Source: Sedimentisphaera cyanobacteriorum
GTDB lineage: Bacteria > Planctomycetota > Phycisphaerae > Sedimentisphaerales > Sedimentisphaeraceae
Length of the DNA stretch: 32,000 bases
Assembly: GCF_001997385.1 (NCBI RefSeq)
Contig: NZ_CP019633.1
Coordinates: forward strand, 2,160,001-2,192,000
Reading direction: 5' to 3'
Shown piece by piece: positions 8,582 to 18,094 of the stretch. Positions within the stretch are counted from its first letter, which is position 1, and each line of letters starts with the position of its first letter. A program made the translations under genes and the position numbers. The notes under the pieces were generated by a model. That model made no database searches and had not been told where the DNA came from. It worked only from the letters and a program-made list of their open reading frames with translations.

Positions 8582-10201
8582 TTGAAAGTTAAAACATTTT
8601 TTACCGCAGCGGTCTTGCTGACGTTTGCTTTATCGCAGGCCAGAGCAGAAACGTATTATATAGACAGCCAAGAAGGCAGCGATTCCAATTCCGGCCTTTC
8701 GGAAAGCTCTCCGCTTGAAGGCTTTGAAAAGGTGAACTCAAAATCATTTGCATCAGGCGATAAAATCCTGATTAAGCGGGGCAGCAAAATTAACGGCTCG
8801 CTCAAAATCTCAGCAAACGCCTCTGCGGAAAATCCCCTTGTGATAGCTCCATACGGCAAAGGACAAGAGCCTGTTATAGACGCCGCAGGATACCTCGCAG
8901 GCGTGCATATAAAAAACTCCAGCGGAGTTGTGCTTAAGGGGATCGAAATCACAGGCGACGCCGGCAAACCGAAGGAGAAATTCAATCAAACTCAGCGATA
9001 CGCTGTGCTTGTGGAAGCGGATAAAGGCGGGGTGCATAAATCGATCCGTCTGGAAGAGCTGGATATACACGATATCTTCGCTGCCAAACAGAGACCTTCA
9101 GACGGCAAAAACAAAACATCAAACAGAGCAGTAGGGATTTTGTTCTCGTCCGGCGGAAACACGAATTCATTTCTCTCTGATTTGACTGTAATAAACTGCC
9201 GAATCAGGAAAACCGGATTCACCGGCATAAGCTTCAGCTGCAATAACAAAGAAGAAAAATACTACAACACCGGCATTCGCGTTTTGAAAAACAGACTGCA
9301 GTATATCGGCGGGCCTGGCATCCAGCCCAGCAGGGCAAAAGATATGCTCGTGCAGGGCAATAAGGTTTACCGCTCGGGGTCAACTGCAGATAAGAGGATG
9401 CATTCACGAGGCAGCGGCATCTGGACATGGTCGTGCAGCGATGTGCTTATAGAGAAAAATAAATTCACTCAGGCAGGCGGGAAGGCCGATTCCTGCGGAA
9501 TGCACATAGACTTCAACTGCCGGAATGTGGTTATACAGTATAACTACAGCGCATACAATGCCGGCGGTTTTATCGAAATCCTCGGGAACAACCACAACTG
9601 CGCATACCGCTACAACGTAAGCGTTAATGACGGCTTCCGCGAGAAAGGCAAAAAAGGCGCACATCAAGAGGGCAAAATCCTCTGGACAAGCGGATACGTA
9701 GGACGAAACAGAGAAAAGCACGGGCCGTACAACTCCTATATCTACAACAATACGATCTATACAAAGCCCGGGAGCAGATCCTGCTTTTCCATCTCACCCA
9801 CCACTCAGGGACTGCTGATTGCGAACAATATATTCTGCCTGAACGGAAAGACGGTAAACGTTTTGGGCGATCAGGACAATCAAAAGGCTCGTTCGGAAAA
9901 CCCGTTTGAACCGGTTGTCTTCAAGAACAACATCTACTGCAGCCCAGATATCCTGCCGGAAGATTTGGGCATCAAAGATTCGAACCCAATCTATGGAAGC
10001 CCTGATTTTCAGCAGCCCGGAGGCTGGCAGGTTCAGAATTACATTCCTCAAAACAAAGGGCTGATAAAGGATAAGGGCATTGAAATCCCCAAACTCCCAA
10101 GCGATGAAACAGGCCTTGAGATAGGGCTTGAGCCCCCGCACGATTTTGCCGGAAAAGAAATAAAAGGAAGGCCGGATATAGGCGCTTTTGAAATCGATTA
10201 A
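8582..10201 (+). CDS. Secreted right-handed parallel beta-helix protein (DUF1565-like N-cap); candidate polysaccharide lyase/hydrolase
   Basis: TTG start with a GGAGA RBS 6 nt upstream. Signal peptide MKVKTFFTAAVLLTFALSQARA. Cap motif YYIDSQEGSDSNSGLSESSPL, repeated beta-helix turns, and a C-terminal GRPDIGAFE motif common in beta-helix CAZyme-like proteins. It is a paralogue of the C-terminal third of the next gene. Confidence 0.7.
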   Translation: MKVKTFFTAAVLLTFALSQARAETYYIDSQEGSDSNSGLSESSPLEGFEKVNSKSFASGDKILIKRGSKINGSLKISANASAENPLVIAPYGKGQEPVIDAAGYLAGVHIKNSSGVVLKGIEITGDAGKPKEKFNQTQRYAVLVEADKGGVHKSIRLEELDIHDIFAAKQRPSDGKNKTSNRAVGILFSSGGNTNSFLSDLTVINCRIRKTGFTGISFSCNNKEEKYYNTGIRVLKNRLQYIGGPGIQPSRAKDMLVQGNKVYRSGSTADKRMHSRGSGIWTWSCSDVLIEKNKFTQAGGKADSCGMHIDFNCRNVVIQYNYSAYNAGGFIEILGNNHNCAYRYNVSVNDGFREKGKKGAHQEGKILWTSGYVGRNREKHGPYNSYIYNNTIYTKPGSRSCFSISPTTQGLLIANNIFCLNGKTVNVLGDQDNQKARSENPFEPVVFKNNIYCSPDILPEDLGIKDSNPIYGSPDFQQPGGWQVQNYIPQNKGLIKDKGIEIPKLPSDETGLEIGLEPPHDFAGKEIKGRPDIGAFEID

Positions 10202-10229
10202 CCTTACTTATTTTTATTGAGGAATTGCT

Positions 10230-13200
10230 ATGCTCTCGCGTTTTTTACCAAATCAGCGGGTTGTGTTTTTATTGTTGTGCGTTTTTGGTTTTCAGGCTAT
10301 GGCGCAGTCCGCATTCCAGCCTTACAATACCGGCAGCGATAATATAATCCACATTACCGCCGCAGACTTCGACGGCGTCGGGGCGAAGGATTACGTTGTA
10401 TGTATGTCCGTTCAGGGCAAGATCAAGGCCTACGACCGCCCCGCTCTTCACCCGCAGGGCAGCAGCCCGCTTCTCTGGGAATACTCAACGCCCGTAAGCT
10501 TTAATATTATGATAAAGGCAGCGCAGGCAAACAGCCAGAGCCCGGGCGAGGAGATTTTAATCCCGGGAACAGACGGCAAACTCAGAATACTCTCCAGCCA
10601 AGGTGAGCTTCTAAGCGAAAAGCCTGTTGGCTCGGGAGCTATGTACTGCGCCGAGACGGGCAAAAACAGCTCAGGCGAGATAATAATCGCAGCAGGCGGA
10701 GTTGACGGGAGCGTATATTTCCTTGACGAGGCAGGCAGTCAGCTTGCTGCGAAAACGCCTGCGAACAAGGGCATTGTAAGACGAATTGCGGCTGGGAACT
10801 TCGACGGCACGGGCGGTGATGAGATTGCGGTGTTCTATATTCAGAAGGGCTTTGCAGGGAACCGCTATATCGAATTTTACGACCTCGACACTTTCGAGCG
10901 TCCGTCATATTTGCAAATTGAAGAACCGCTTTACGACGATGCCGGCCCGACGGTAGCATGGGGACATACAGGAATGGGCTGGACAGACAAGCAGACACCC
11001 TGGGCCTATGATATGGACGGGGACGGAGACGAGGAAATCGCTGCGCACTGGGGAGTGCTTCATCCCGAATCAGGTTCTACAGAGACGAGGCTTTCAGAAT
11101 TCGTTGATGACGGCGAACTTCTCTATCTCGGCCAGGACTATGAAAACGCCTATGAGACTACGCCCACAGGCAAATATCTCCTTCAGCAGGGCATTCCGGG
11201 AAATTTTAAAGGCGGCGCGGAATACCCCGACACCGAGCTTTTTACTGTTTACGGCGATGATCTGTATCTCGTAAATTACGACACGTCCAAAAGCCCAGAA
11301 ACAAACAGATGCGAAGTTTCAGACTACACAAACGCTCACCCGCTCTACCACTTCACCGATGCAGCAAGGCTCGAAGACCGAAGCGGCGGGCTCGATAAAA
11401 TCGTGCTTGCAGGCCCGATCACCGGAGACGACCATTTCTACACAGTGGATTTATCAGGCGATAACTGGAAACAGCAGGCGCAGACAATAGACGGAAGAGG
11501 AGTGCTGGGTGAGGTGGATTCAAATCTCGATCAGCTCTGGGACGATTTAGAGGGTTTCTCAGGCTCGCAGGCCTCTTTCCAAAAGCCGATATGGTTCATT
11601 CACTACTTCTCCAGCTGGCTGGGCTGGGAGATGACTCCGGAAAACATTGAAACTCACGGGCAGATGGTTGAAGATGCGATAAAATCTTGGGAGAATACGC
11701 TCGGAGGCAATCCGCAGAGGGTTGTCTTTGCTGCAAGCCATAGTCCAAATGTTATCGGACCAAACGGAGGCGACCCGGATATAACACCTGAAGGTATGGT
11801 GGCCTACTGCGCAGAGCTTGCATCCAGAGGGATATATTTCTGCCTCAAAATCGGCCACGGCCAGAATCTCTATATGTCTGCGGAAAATCTTGCAGACTGC
11901 TATGAGGCCTCAGTGGTTGGAGGCGAATGTTATATGATGGCCAGGACAAAGGAGCTTCATACAATCGATGCCTATAAGCCTCACATGGACGCAGTGCTTC
12001 AAAGATCCCAGCAGATCGGCGAAGAGCCCGCTAAGATAATGCTCTGCGGGAAAGGGGCAATCTTTTCTGCTATGACACCCTCTCAGGCCTCGACTTACTT
12101 CCCTGCATACAAGGACATCCTGATGCCGGGCGTAGAAAATTCCAACGTTAATGCTGTTGACTGGAGCTTTTCCGAAAGGGTAGGCCTATGGATGTCCGAA
12201 CAGGTTGAATCATGGGGCTGCAATCTCGCCGGAGACTGGCTTGCTTCAAACAGAGCGGCCGAATGGGGCGGCCTTCGGAACGGCCATATCGTTCTGCGTC
12301 ATTTGCTTTCGCAGCTCGCCATGGGGGCTGAGGTGTTCCGTTTTAATTCTGTTACCGCCTTGGAAAACCCGCTTTATCAAAGAGGCACAGACCCAAACAC
12401 CCAGTGGTGGAGCGATACATACAGGCAGGGAATGTGGAATTTTCTCAAGATAGTGGAATCTGGGGCATTCCCGTCAACGCCATCAAGACAGCAGATAAAG
12501 GGGATCTCGCCTGTGGCAGCAGCACTTCCCGAGCCCGATTATGAGCACCTGAGAAAGGAAGATGTAAACCACGATTGGAATAATTATTCGCCGGACAGCT
12601 CAGCCTATGTAATTAACAACCTCGAATGCTGGAACGCATATAAAGACGTGCCCGAATACGACTTAACCTCCATATTCTTCAACACAAAGCGAAGATGGGA
12701 CAATTTCTTCCCAACCTCACCCTCAGGATTTGCGCTCGCTGTGCCGTATAAATCCAAGCAGCAGCTTGAGGCAATGCCTTGGTGCAAAAAGGCCTTTGAA
12801 ACAGACGGGGTAAGCTGGGAGAGCTTCGATAGACTTATGCTTGCTGAATCAGAGATAAGCTCCGAGCTTCTCACTCAGCGAACCAATATGCCTTTTTATG
12901 TGGAAAACGAATGCTTCTGGCAGGTAATTCAAAGCGAGGATTCGCCGGAGACATATTATGCGCTTTTGATGGACTCGGCAACTCTGAGCCCGAAAGAGCG
13001 GGAGGTTAGGCTGAGATTGGGCAGCGAATCAGGGGCGTGGGAAGTTTACGACCAGCTGGGCTCCGAGCAGCCTCTGGGCGAAATCAGAAGGCCGCCGGAC
13101 TCGCTCGAGATTACTGTACCGGCAGGCAGCGTTAGACTGCTAACGATAAAGGCAAGCCAAAACAGCGATGCTGATATCTATGAGGACGGCTTCGTTGACC

Positions 13201-14882
13201 ATACCGATCTTATGATGATGGTTCATCAGTGGCTCGGGCCTCCAATGAGGCCTTCTGCTGATATCGCTCCGGAAAACGGAGACGATTTTGTGAATCTGCT
13301 GGATTTTTCAGTCCTCGCTGAAAGCTGGCTTATCTTTGCCCCGGGCACGGAATACTATTTAGACAGCGAAAACGGAGACGACTCAAATTCCGGGCTGACC
13401 CCGCAGTCGGCTTGGAAAACTCTCTCGAAAGCCAGCACGCAAAGTTTTGATATGGGCGATTCTGTCCTGTTTAAATCCGGCCAGACTTTCGAAGGCACGT
13501 TCCAGATAACCTCCAGCGGAACCGAAAAAGCCCCGATTAAGATATCCTCGTGGGGAGAAGGCGAAAAGCCGGTAATTGATTCAAAAGGCTTCTTTGCGGG
13601 AATAGAAATTATAGATTCAAGCTTTGTTGAGGTTAGCGGGATTGAAATCACCTCCGACGGCGGTCAGGCTATAGACCCCCGCGCAGAGAAAGAGCGATAC
13701 GGTGTTTATGCATCAGCTTCCGGCTCTGAAATCCGGAAAGACATCAGACTCTCTGACCTCTACATCCACGATATATTCGCAGAAGTGCCAATCAGTGCTG
13801 GAGGGAAAAATCCAACCTCGAATATGGGCAAAGGCATAGAAGTGATGGCGCAAGGCTGGGGCGAACCCTACTTCGAAGGTGTTTTAATAGAAAACTGCGA
13901 GATAGAAAGAACCGGCCATTACGCTCTGGGCCTACATACACGACAAACCAGCGACCAGAGCCGCTATACGAGGGATGTAGAGATATTGAACAACACGCTC
14001 ACTGATATAGGCGGACCGGGAATTCAGCCGGGAAGGTGCAGGGATGTGCTGGTTCGCGGGAACACCGTTGATGCGAGCGGAGCGTACGTTGACCCGAGAA
14101 TGCACGGCAGAGGGAGCGGGATTTGGCCTTGGAGCTGCCACAATGTGCTTATAGAGAAGAACAGTTTTATGCATGCAAGAGGCAAGGCAGATTCCTGCGG
14201 AGCGCATATAGATTTTAACTGTTCAGATGTGGTAGTTCAGTACAATTTCAGCATGGACAACGAAGGCGGTTTCATCGAAATCCTCGGCAACAACTACAAC
14301 TGCTGCTACCGGTATAACGTAAGCGTTAATGACGGCTTCAGGGTAAAGGGGCAAAACGGGGCTTTACAGGAAGGGAAAACCATATTTGCAGGAGGTTATG
14401 TCGGTTCAGGGAATCCAAAGACAGGCCCTTTTAATACTTACATCTACAACAATACGATATACACTCAGGGTGATGGAAGATCCTGTTTCAGGATTGAAAA
14501 AACAGCAGACGGGCTTCTTATCGCAAACAACATCTTCTGCATGTACGGAGAAACTGCGCACGATTCCGGGGATTCAGGACAGGTGAGCAATGTGATTTTT
14601 GAAAACAATATGTATATCTATGAGGATATATGGCCGGCAAGTATGCCGATTCAGGATTCAGCTCCGATATACGGCTGGCCTGTATTTACCAATCTCGGCG
14701 GAACCGACCCGCTCGATTATATCCCCACAAACACAGATGCAGTGCAGGATGCGGGTATCGAAATCCCCAAACTCCCCGGCGACAGCGTTGGCCTTGAAAT
14801 AGGCCTTGAGGTGCAGGAAGATTTCAGAGGCAATCCCATCATAGGCCTGCCGGATTTAGGCGCTTTCGAGATGGGAAGCTAA
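10230..14882 (+). CDS. Giant secreted modular protein: FG-GAP/VCBS-like repeats, ~500-aa unassigned core, dockerin-like double Ca-loop, C-terminal beta-helix catalytic-type domain
   Basis: 1550 aa with signal peptide ...CVFGFQAMA and a GAGGA RBS. FG-GAP-like motifs: DFDGVGAKDYVV, GNFDGTGGDEIAVF, YDMDGDGDEEIA. Dockerin-like segment: DIYEDGFVDHTDL...DIAPENGDDFVNLLDF (about nt 13140-13320). From about nt 13340 the sequence (YYLDSENGDDSNSG ... GLPDLGAFE) parallels the 8582-10201 product. Confidence 0.8.
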   Translation: MLSRFLPNQRVVFLLLCVFGFQAMAQSAFQPYNTGSDNIIHITAADFDGVGAKDYVVCMSVQGKIKAYDRPALHPQGSSPLLWEYSTPVSFNIMIKAAQANSQSPGEEILIPGTDGKLRILSSQGELLSEKPVGSGAMYCAETGKNSSGEIIIAAGGVDGSVYFLDEAGSQLAAKTPANKGIVRRIAAGNFDGTGGDEIAVFYIQKGFAGNRYIEFYDLDTFERPSYLQIEEPLYDDAGPTVAWGHTGMGWTDKQTPWAYDMDGDGDEEIAAHWGVLHPESGSTETRLSEFVDDGELLYLGQDYENAYETTPTGKYLLQQGIPGNFKGGAEYPDTELFTVYGDDLYLVNYDTSKSPETNRCEVSDYTNAHPLYHFTDAARLEDRSGGLDKIVLAGPITGDDHFYTVDLSGDNWKQQAQTIDGRGVLGEVDSNLDQLWDDLEGFSGSQASFQKPIWFIHYFSSWLGWEMTPENIETHGQMVEDAIKSWENTLGGNPQRVVFAASHSPNVIGPNGGDPDITPEGMVAYCAELASRGIYFCLKIGHGQNLYMSAENLADCYEASVVGGECYMMARTKELHTIDAYKPHMDAVLQRSQQIGEEPAKIMLCGKGAIFSAMTPSQASTYFPAYKDILMPGVENSNVNAVDWSFSERVGLWMSEQVESWGCNLAGDWLASNRAAEWGGLRNGHIVLRHLLSQLAMGAEVFRFNSVTALENPLYQRGTDPNTQWWSDTYRQGMWNFLKIVESGAFPSTPSRQQIKGISPVAAALPEPDYEHLRKEDVNHDWNNYSPDSSAYVINNLECWNAYKDVPEYDLTSIFFNTKRRWDNFFPTSPSGFALAVPYKSKQQLEAMPWCKKAFETDGVSWESFDRLMLAESEISSELLTQRTNMPFYVENECFWQVIQSEDSPETYYALLMDSATLSPKEREVRLRLGSESGAWEVYDQLGSEQPLGEIRRPPDSLEITVPAGSVRLLTIKASQNSDADIYEDGFVDHTDLMMMVHQWLGPPMRPSADIAPENGDDFVNLLDFSVLAESWLIFAPGTEYYLDSENGDDSNSGLTPQSAWKTLSKASTQSFDMGDSVLFKSGQTFEGTFQITSSGTEKAPIKISSWGEGEKPVIDSKGFFAGIEIIDSSFVEVSGIEITSDGGQAIDPRAEKERYGVYASASGSEIRKDIRLSDLYIHDIFAEVPISAGGKNPTSNMGKGIEVMAQGWGEPYFEGVLIENCEIERTGHYALGLHTRQTSDQSRYTRDVEILNNTLTDIGGPGIQPGRCRDVLVRGNTVDASGAYVDPRMHGRGSGIWPWSCHNVLIEKNSFMHARGKADSCGAHIDFNCSDVVVQYNFSMDNEGGFIEILGNNYNCCYRYNVSVNDGFRVKGQNGALQEGKTIFAGGYVGSGNPKTGPFNTYIYNNTIYTQGDGRSCFRIEKTADGLLIANNIFCMYGETAHDSGDSGQVSNVIFENNMYIYEDIWPASMPIQDSAPIYGWPVFTNLGGTDPLDYIPTNTDAVQDAGIEIPKLPGDSVGLEIGLEVQEDFRGNPIIGLPDLGAFEMGS

Positions 14883-14919
14883 TAGGATATTTCTATGCTG
14901 CAGAAACATACTGCCTGAG

Positions 14920-14943
14920 AAAAGCGGCTCCGATTTAAGCCGC
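14920..14943 (-). terminator. Possible terminator hairpin for the minus-strand efflux operon (may also act on the convergent plus-strand operon)
   Basis: GCGGCT (14924-14929) pairs with AGCCGC (14938-14943). On the minus strand the hairpin is followed by TTTTC. The stem is short, so this is weak. Confidence 0.3.
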
Positions 14944-14983
14944 ATCGAAGTTAATCCACATAAACTGCACGATTACACGGTTT

Positions 14984-17900
14984 TTATTCCTCTGCAAAGC
15001 GGAATCGATTGATCTTTTCGCCCAAGATTTTTACATCGTCCAGCATCACATAAAGGCATGGCACAAGAACCAATGTAATCACGGTTGCGAAGACGATACC
15101 GAAGCCCAGCGAGATAGCCATTGGAATCATAAACCTTGCCTGCCGGGAAGTTTCGAAAATCATCGGTGCAAGCCCTCCGAACGTTGTGAGTGTTGTGAGC
15201 ATAATGGGCCGAAATCTTCTCAGCCCAGCCCTGTGCACGGCCTGCAAAGGCGTAGAGCCTTCGAGCTTGTGGTTGTTTGCAAAATCGATCAGCACGAGCG
15301 AATCGTTCACCACAACCCCCGCAAGGGCAACCACCCCCATCATACTCATAATGCTCAGCGAGTAGCCCATTAGTATATGCCCGAGAACCGCTCCAATAAT
15401 CCCGAACGGGATAGCCATCATCACAATGATCGGCTGCCAGTAGCTTCGGAACGGGATAGCAAGCACTGCATAAATGCACAGCACCGCCATTATGAGCCCG
15501 AGGAAAAGTGCCTTCATACTTTCGTTGAAGTCTTCCTGGCGGCCTTCCCAACCGTAAGAGAGCCCGGGGAAGTCTTTTTTAACCTCGGGCAGGATATCTT
15601 CCATAAGCGAGGTCTGCACTTTGCTCGTTTCGCTTATCGGCTCAACGTTTGCGGTAACCTGAATCACCCGCCTGCCTTCTTTTCTGTCGATGGTAGTGTA
15701 CGACCGGCCGATATAATAATCTGCTACCTGCAGCAAAGGCACGTCCGTGCCTGAAGGGGTTCTAACGAGAAACTGCTCTATGTCGTATTCGCTCACTCGC
15801 TGTCTTTCGGGATACTTCACTCGCACCTGCACCTCATTCCTGCCTCTCTGCTGCCTTACGGCTTCAGCTCCATAGAATGCATTCCGCACCTGCGAGGCGA
15901 TTCCTGCTGCTGTGAGCCCGAGGCTTCTTCCCTCCGGCTTGATCCTGAAGTTGTACTGTCTTTTGCCCGGGGTATGTCCGTCGTCCACATCTTTTACATG
16001 CCCGAATTCAGAGAGCTCTTCTGCGAGGGCCTCGCCTGCGTTTTCAAGGATGTCTATATTACTGTGGCTAAGCTCTACAGTAATCGCGGCTCCCGAGCCC
16101 GGCCCGCCTCTGTCCGCTTCGAAACGCAGCATCTCCAGCCCGGGTATTTCTCCTGTCTTTTCACGCCAGAGGCGGGTAACCTGTGTGGTTGAGACCGGCC
16201 TTTCATCAGCATCGGTAAGAAAGAAACGCACAGAAACCCTGTTTCCTCTGATAACGGAAAACAGCCCTTTGGAGAGCTTGTCTGCGCCGTTTTCTTCAGC
16301 AATCTCTCTTCCCGCTTTCACCAATTTATTCTGCACCTTTCTTGCATCTTCCAGCGGAGCGCCGAAGGGAAGTTTTGCGGAGGCATAGGCATAATCAGAC
16401 TCCACACGAGGCATAAGGATTGTCCCGATTCGTCCGCTCTGAACGTAGCCGAGTATCCCTGCAAAAATAGCTATACCTGCCGCTATAACCACATAACGCC
16501 ATCTGAGCAGGAATTTGAGCAGGGGGCCGAAATGATTGGTGATAAATTTTTCGTATTTCCTGCTGAATGCCTGCTGATACTTGTGAATTTTGGATATAAG
16601 CCAGCCCTCACGCTTGTGCTTGTGGGAGAGGTGCGCGGGGAGAATGAAAAGCGCCTCAACCAGCGATATTATAAAAACCGTTGAAACCACCAGCGGAATC
16701 ACCTTCCATATCTTGCCCACGAATCCCGGGACAAACATAAGCGGCATAAACGCCACCACGTTTGTAATAATGCTGAAGGTTACCGGCCCTGCCACTTCCC
16801 TTGCACCTTTGACTGCTGCTTCGAGGAAGTTCCCGCCGCGTTTTCGGTATTCGTATATGTTCTCGCCCACAACAATCGCATCATCAACCACAATACCAAG
16901 AGAGACGATAAATGCGAACATCGATATCATATTTATCGTTACCCCGAGCCCGGGCAGGAAGAGCAGTCCGCCGAGAAACGAGATCGGAATACCCATCGTT
17001 ACCCAGAAAGCGAGCCTTATCTCGAGGAATATACCCAGCGTTAAAAGGACGAGTGTAAGGCCGATGAAGGCATTTTTCAGGAGCAGTTCGAGCCTCTGGC
17101 GGTAGATATCAGAGCGGTCTCTGGTAATAACCCAGTCTATCCCTGGCGGTATAGTGCTGTCTATAGAATGCATTGCCTCCATTACGCTTTCCGAAACGCT
17201 TATGGGTGTCTGTTTTCCGGTTCTGAAAGCGTTTATCCCAACAGCGCGTTTTCCGTTGAAGTAGCCCTCTTTTTTTGTATCTTCGAATGTGTCTGTTACC
17301 TCGGCAATGTCTCGTAGATAAAGAACAGACCCGTCATCATTTGTAACAATCGGGATCCGGGCAAACTCCTCCGCCCAGTCTTTCCTCTGCATAATCCGCA
17401 CGAGGATATCGCCGGACTTTGTGCGAAGTGTACCGCAGGGGATCTCCTGAGAGTTTGTGTCTATGATCCTCGATACCTCGCTGAGGCTGAGCCCGAGGCC
17501 GCGAAGCTTGTTTTTGTCTATCTCTACGTATATCTCATAATCGCGAACGCCTGAAAGGTCTACCTGCGTTATGCCCTCGCTGTTGAGAAGCCGGTCGCGC
17601 ACCTGCTCTGCAACCTCTCGAAGCACCCACTCGGAGCTGTCTCCGTAGATCTGCATGTCGATAACATGCCTGCGTATTACATTCAGGTTTACCTCCGGCT
17701 CCTCAGCATCGTCCGGAAATGTTATAATCCTGTCCACCTCCTGCTGGATATCCTGATACACCTTCTGCTGGTCTGCGCTTTCAAGGAGCTCGGCAGTTAC
17801 CACGCCCACACCTTCAGAAGCGGTGGCGGTGATCTCTTTTACCCCGTCGAGGCCGCGCACGGCCTCTTCAACCACAAGCACAATCCCCTGTTCAACCTCC

Positions 17901-18094
17901 TCAGGGCTTGCGCCCGGGTACGGAACGGTGATTGTAACCCTGTCCAGATCGAATTCAGGAAACACCTCCTGCTTTATCTGCGAGGAAAGCAGAAAACCGC
18001 CTACGAGGAAAACTATCATCAAAAGATTGGCCACTACATGATTTTTGGCCATCCAGGCGATCGGTCCGGTAAGTTTGGTCTGCGGGTTATTCAT
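14984..18094 (-). CDS. RND efflux transporter permease (AcrB/ACR_tran superfamily)
   Basis: 1036 aa. It shows the typical layout of an N-terminal TM helix, large periplasmic loops and two 6-TM bundles (e.g. VVDDAIVVGENI, VVNDSLVLIDF). Its start overlaps the upstream adaptor gene stop by 8 nt (ATGAATAA). Confidence 0.9.
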   Translation of the reverse strand: MNNPQTKLTGPIAWMAKNHVVANLLMIVFLVGGFLLSSQIKQEVFPEFDLDRVTITVPYPGASPEEVEQGIVLVVEEAVRGLDGVKEITATASEGVGVVTAELLESADQQKVYQDIQQEVDRIITFPDDAEEPEVNLNVIRRHVIDMQIYGDSSEWVLREVAEQVRDRLLNSEGITQVDLSGVRDYEIYVEIDKNKLRGLGLSLSEVSRIIDTNSQEIPCGTLRTKSGDILVRIMQRKDWAEEFARIPIVTNDDGSVLYLRDIAEVTDTFEDTKKEGYFNGKRAVGINAFRTGKQTPISVSESVMEAMHSIDSTIPPGIDWVITRDRSDIYRQRLELLLKNAFIGLTLVLLTLGIFLEIRLAFWVTMGIPISFLGGLLFLPGLGVTINMISMFAFIVSLGIVVDDAIVVGENIYEYRKRGGNFLEAAVKGAREVAGPVTFSIITNVVAFMPLMFVPGFVGKIWKVIPLVVSTVFIISLVEALFILPAHLSHKHKREGWLISKIHKYQQAFSRKYEKFITNHFGPLLKFLLRWRYVVIAAGIAIFAGILGYVQSGRIGTILMPRVESDYAYASAKLPFGAPLEDARKVQNKLVKAGREIAEENGADKLSKGLFSVIRGNRVSVRFFLTDADERPVSTTQVTRLWREKTGEIPGLEMLRFEADRGGPGSGAAITVELSHSNIDILENAGEALAEELSEFGHVKDVDDGHTPGKRQYNFRIKPEGRSLGLTAAGIASQVRNAFYGAEAVRQQRGRNEVQVRVKYPERQRVSEYDIEQFLVRTPSGTDVPLLQVADYYIGRSYTTIDRKEGRRVIQVTANVEPISETSKVQTSLMEDILPEVKKDFPGLSYGWEGRQEDFNESMKALFLGLIMAVLCIYAVLAIPFRSYWQPIIVMMAIPFGIIGAVLGHILMGYSLSIMSMMGVVALAGVVVNDSLVLIDFANNHKLEGSTPLQAVHRAGLRRFRPIMLTTLTTFGGLAPMIFETSRQARFMIPMAISLGFGIVFATVITLVLVPCLYVMLDDVKILGEKINRFRFAEE

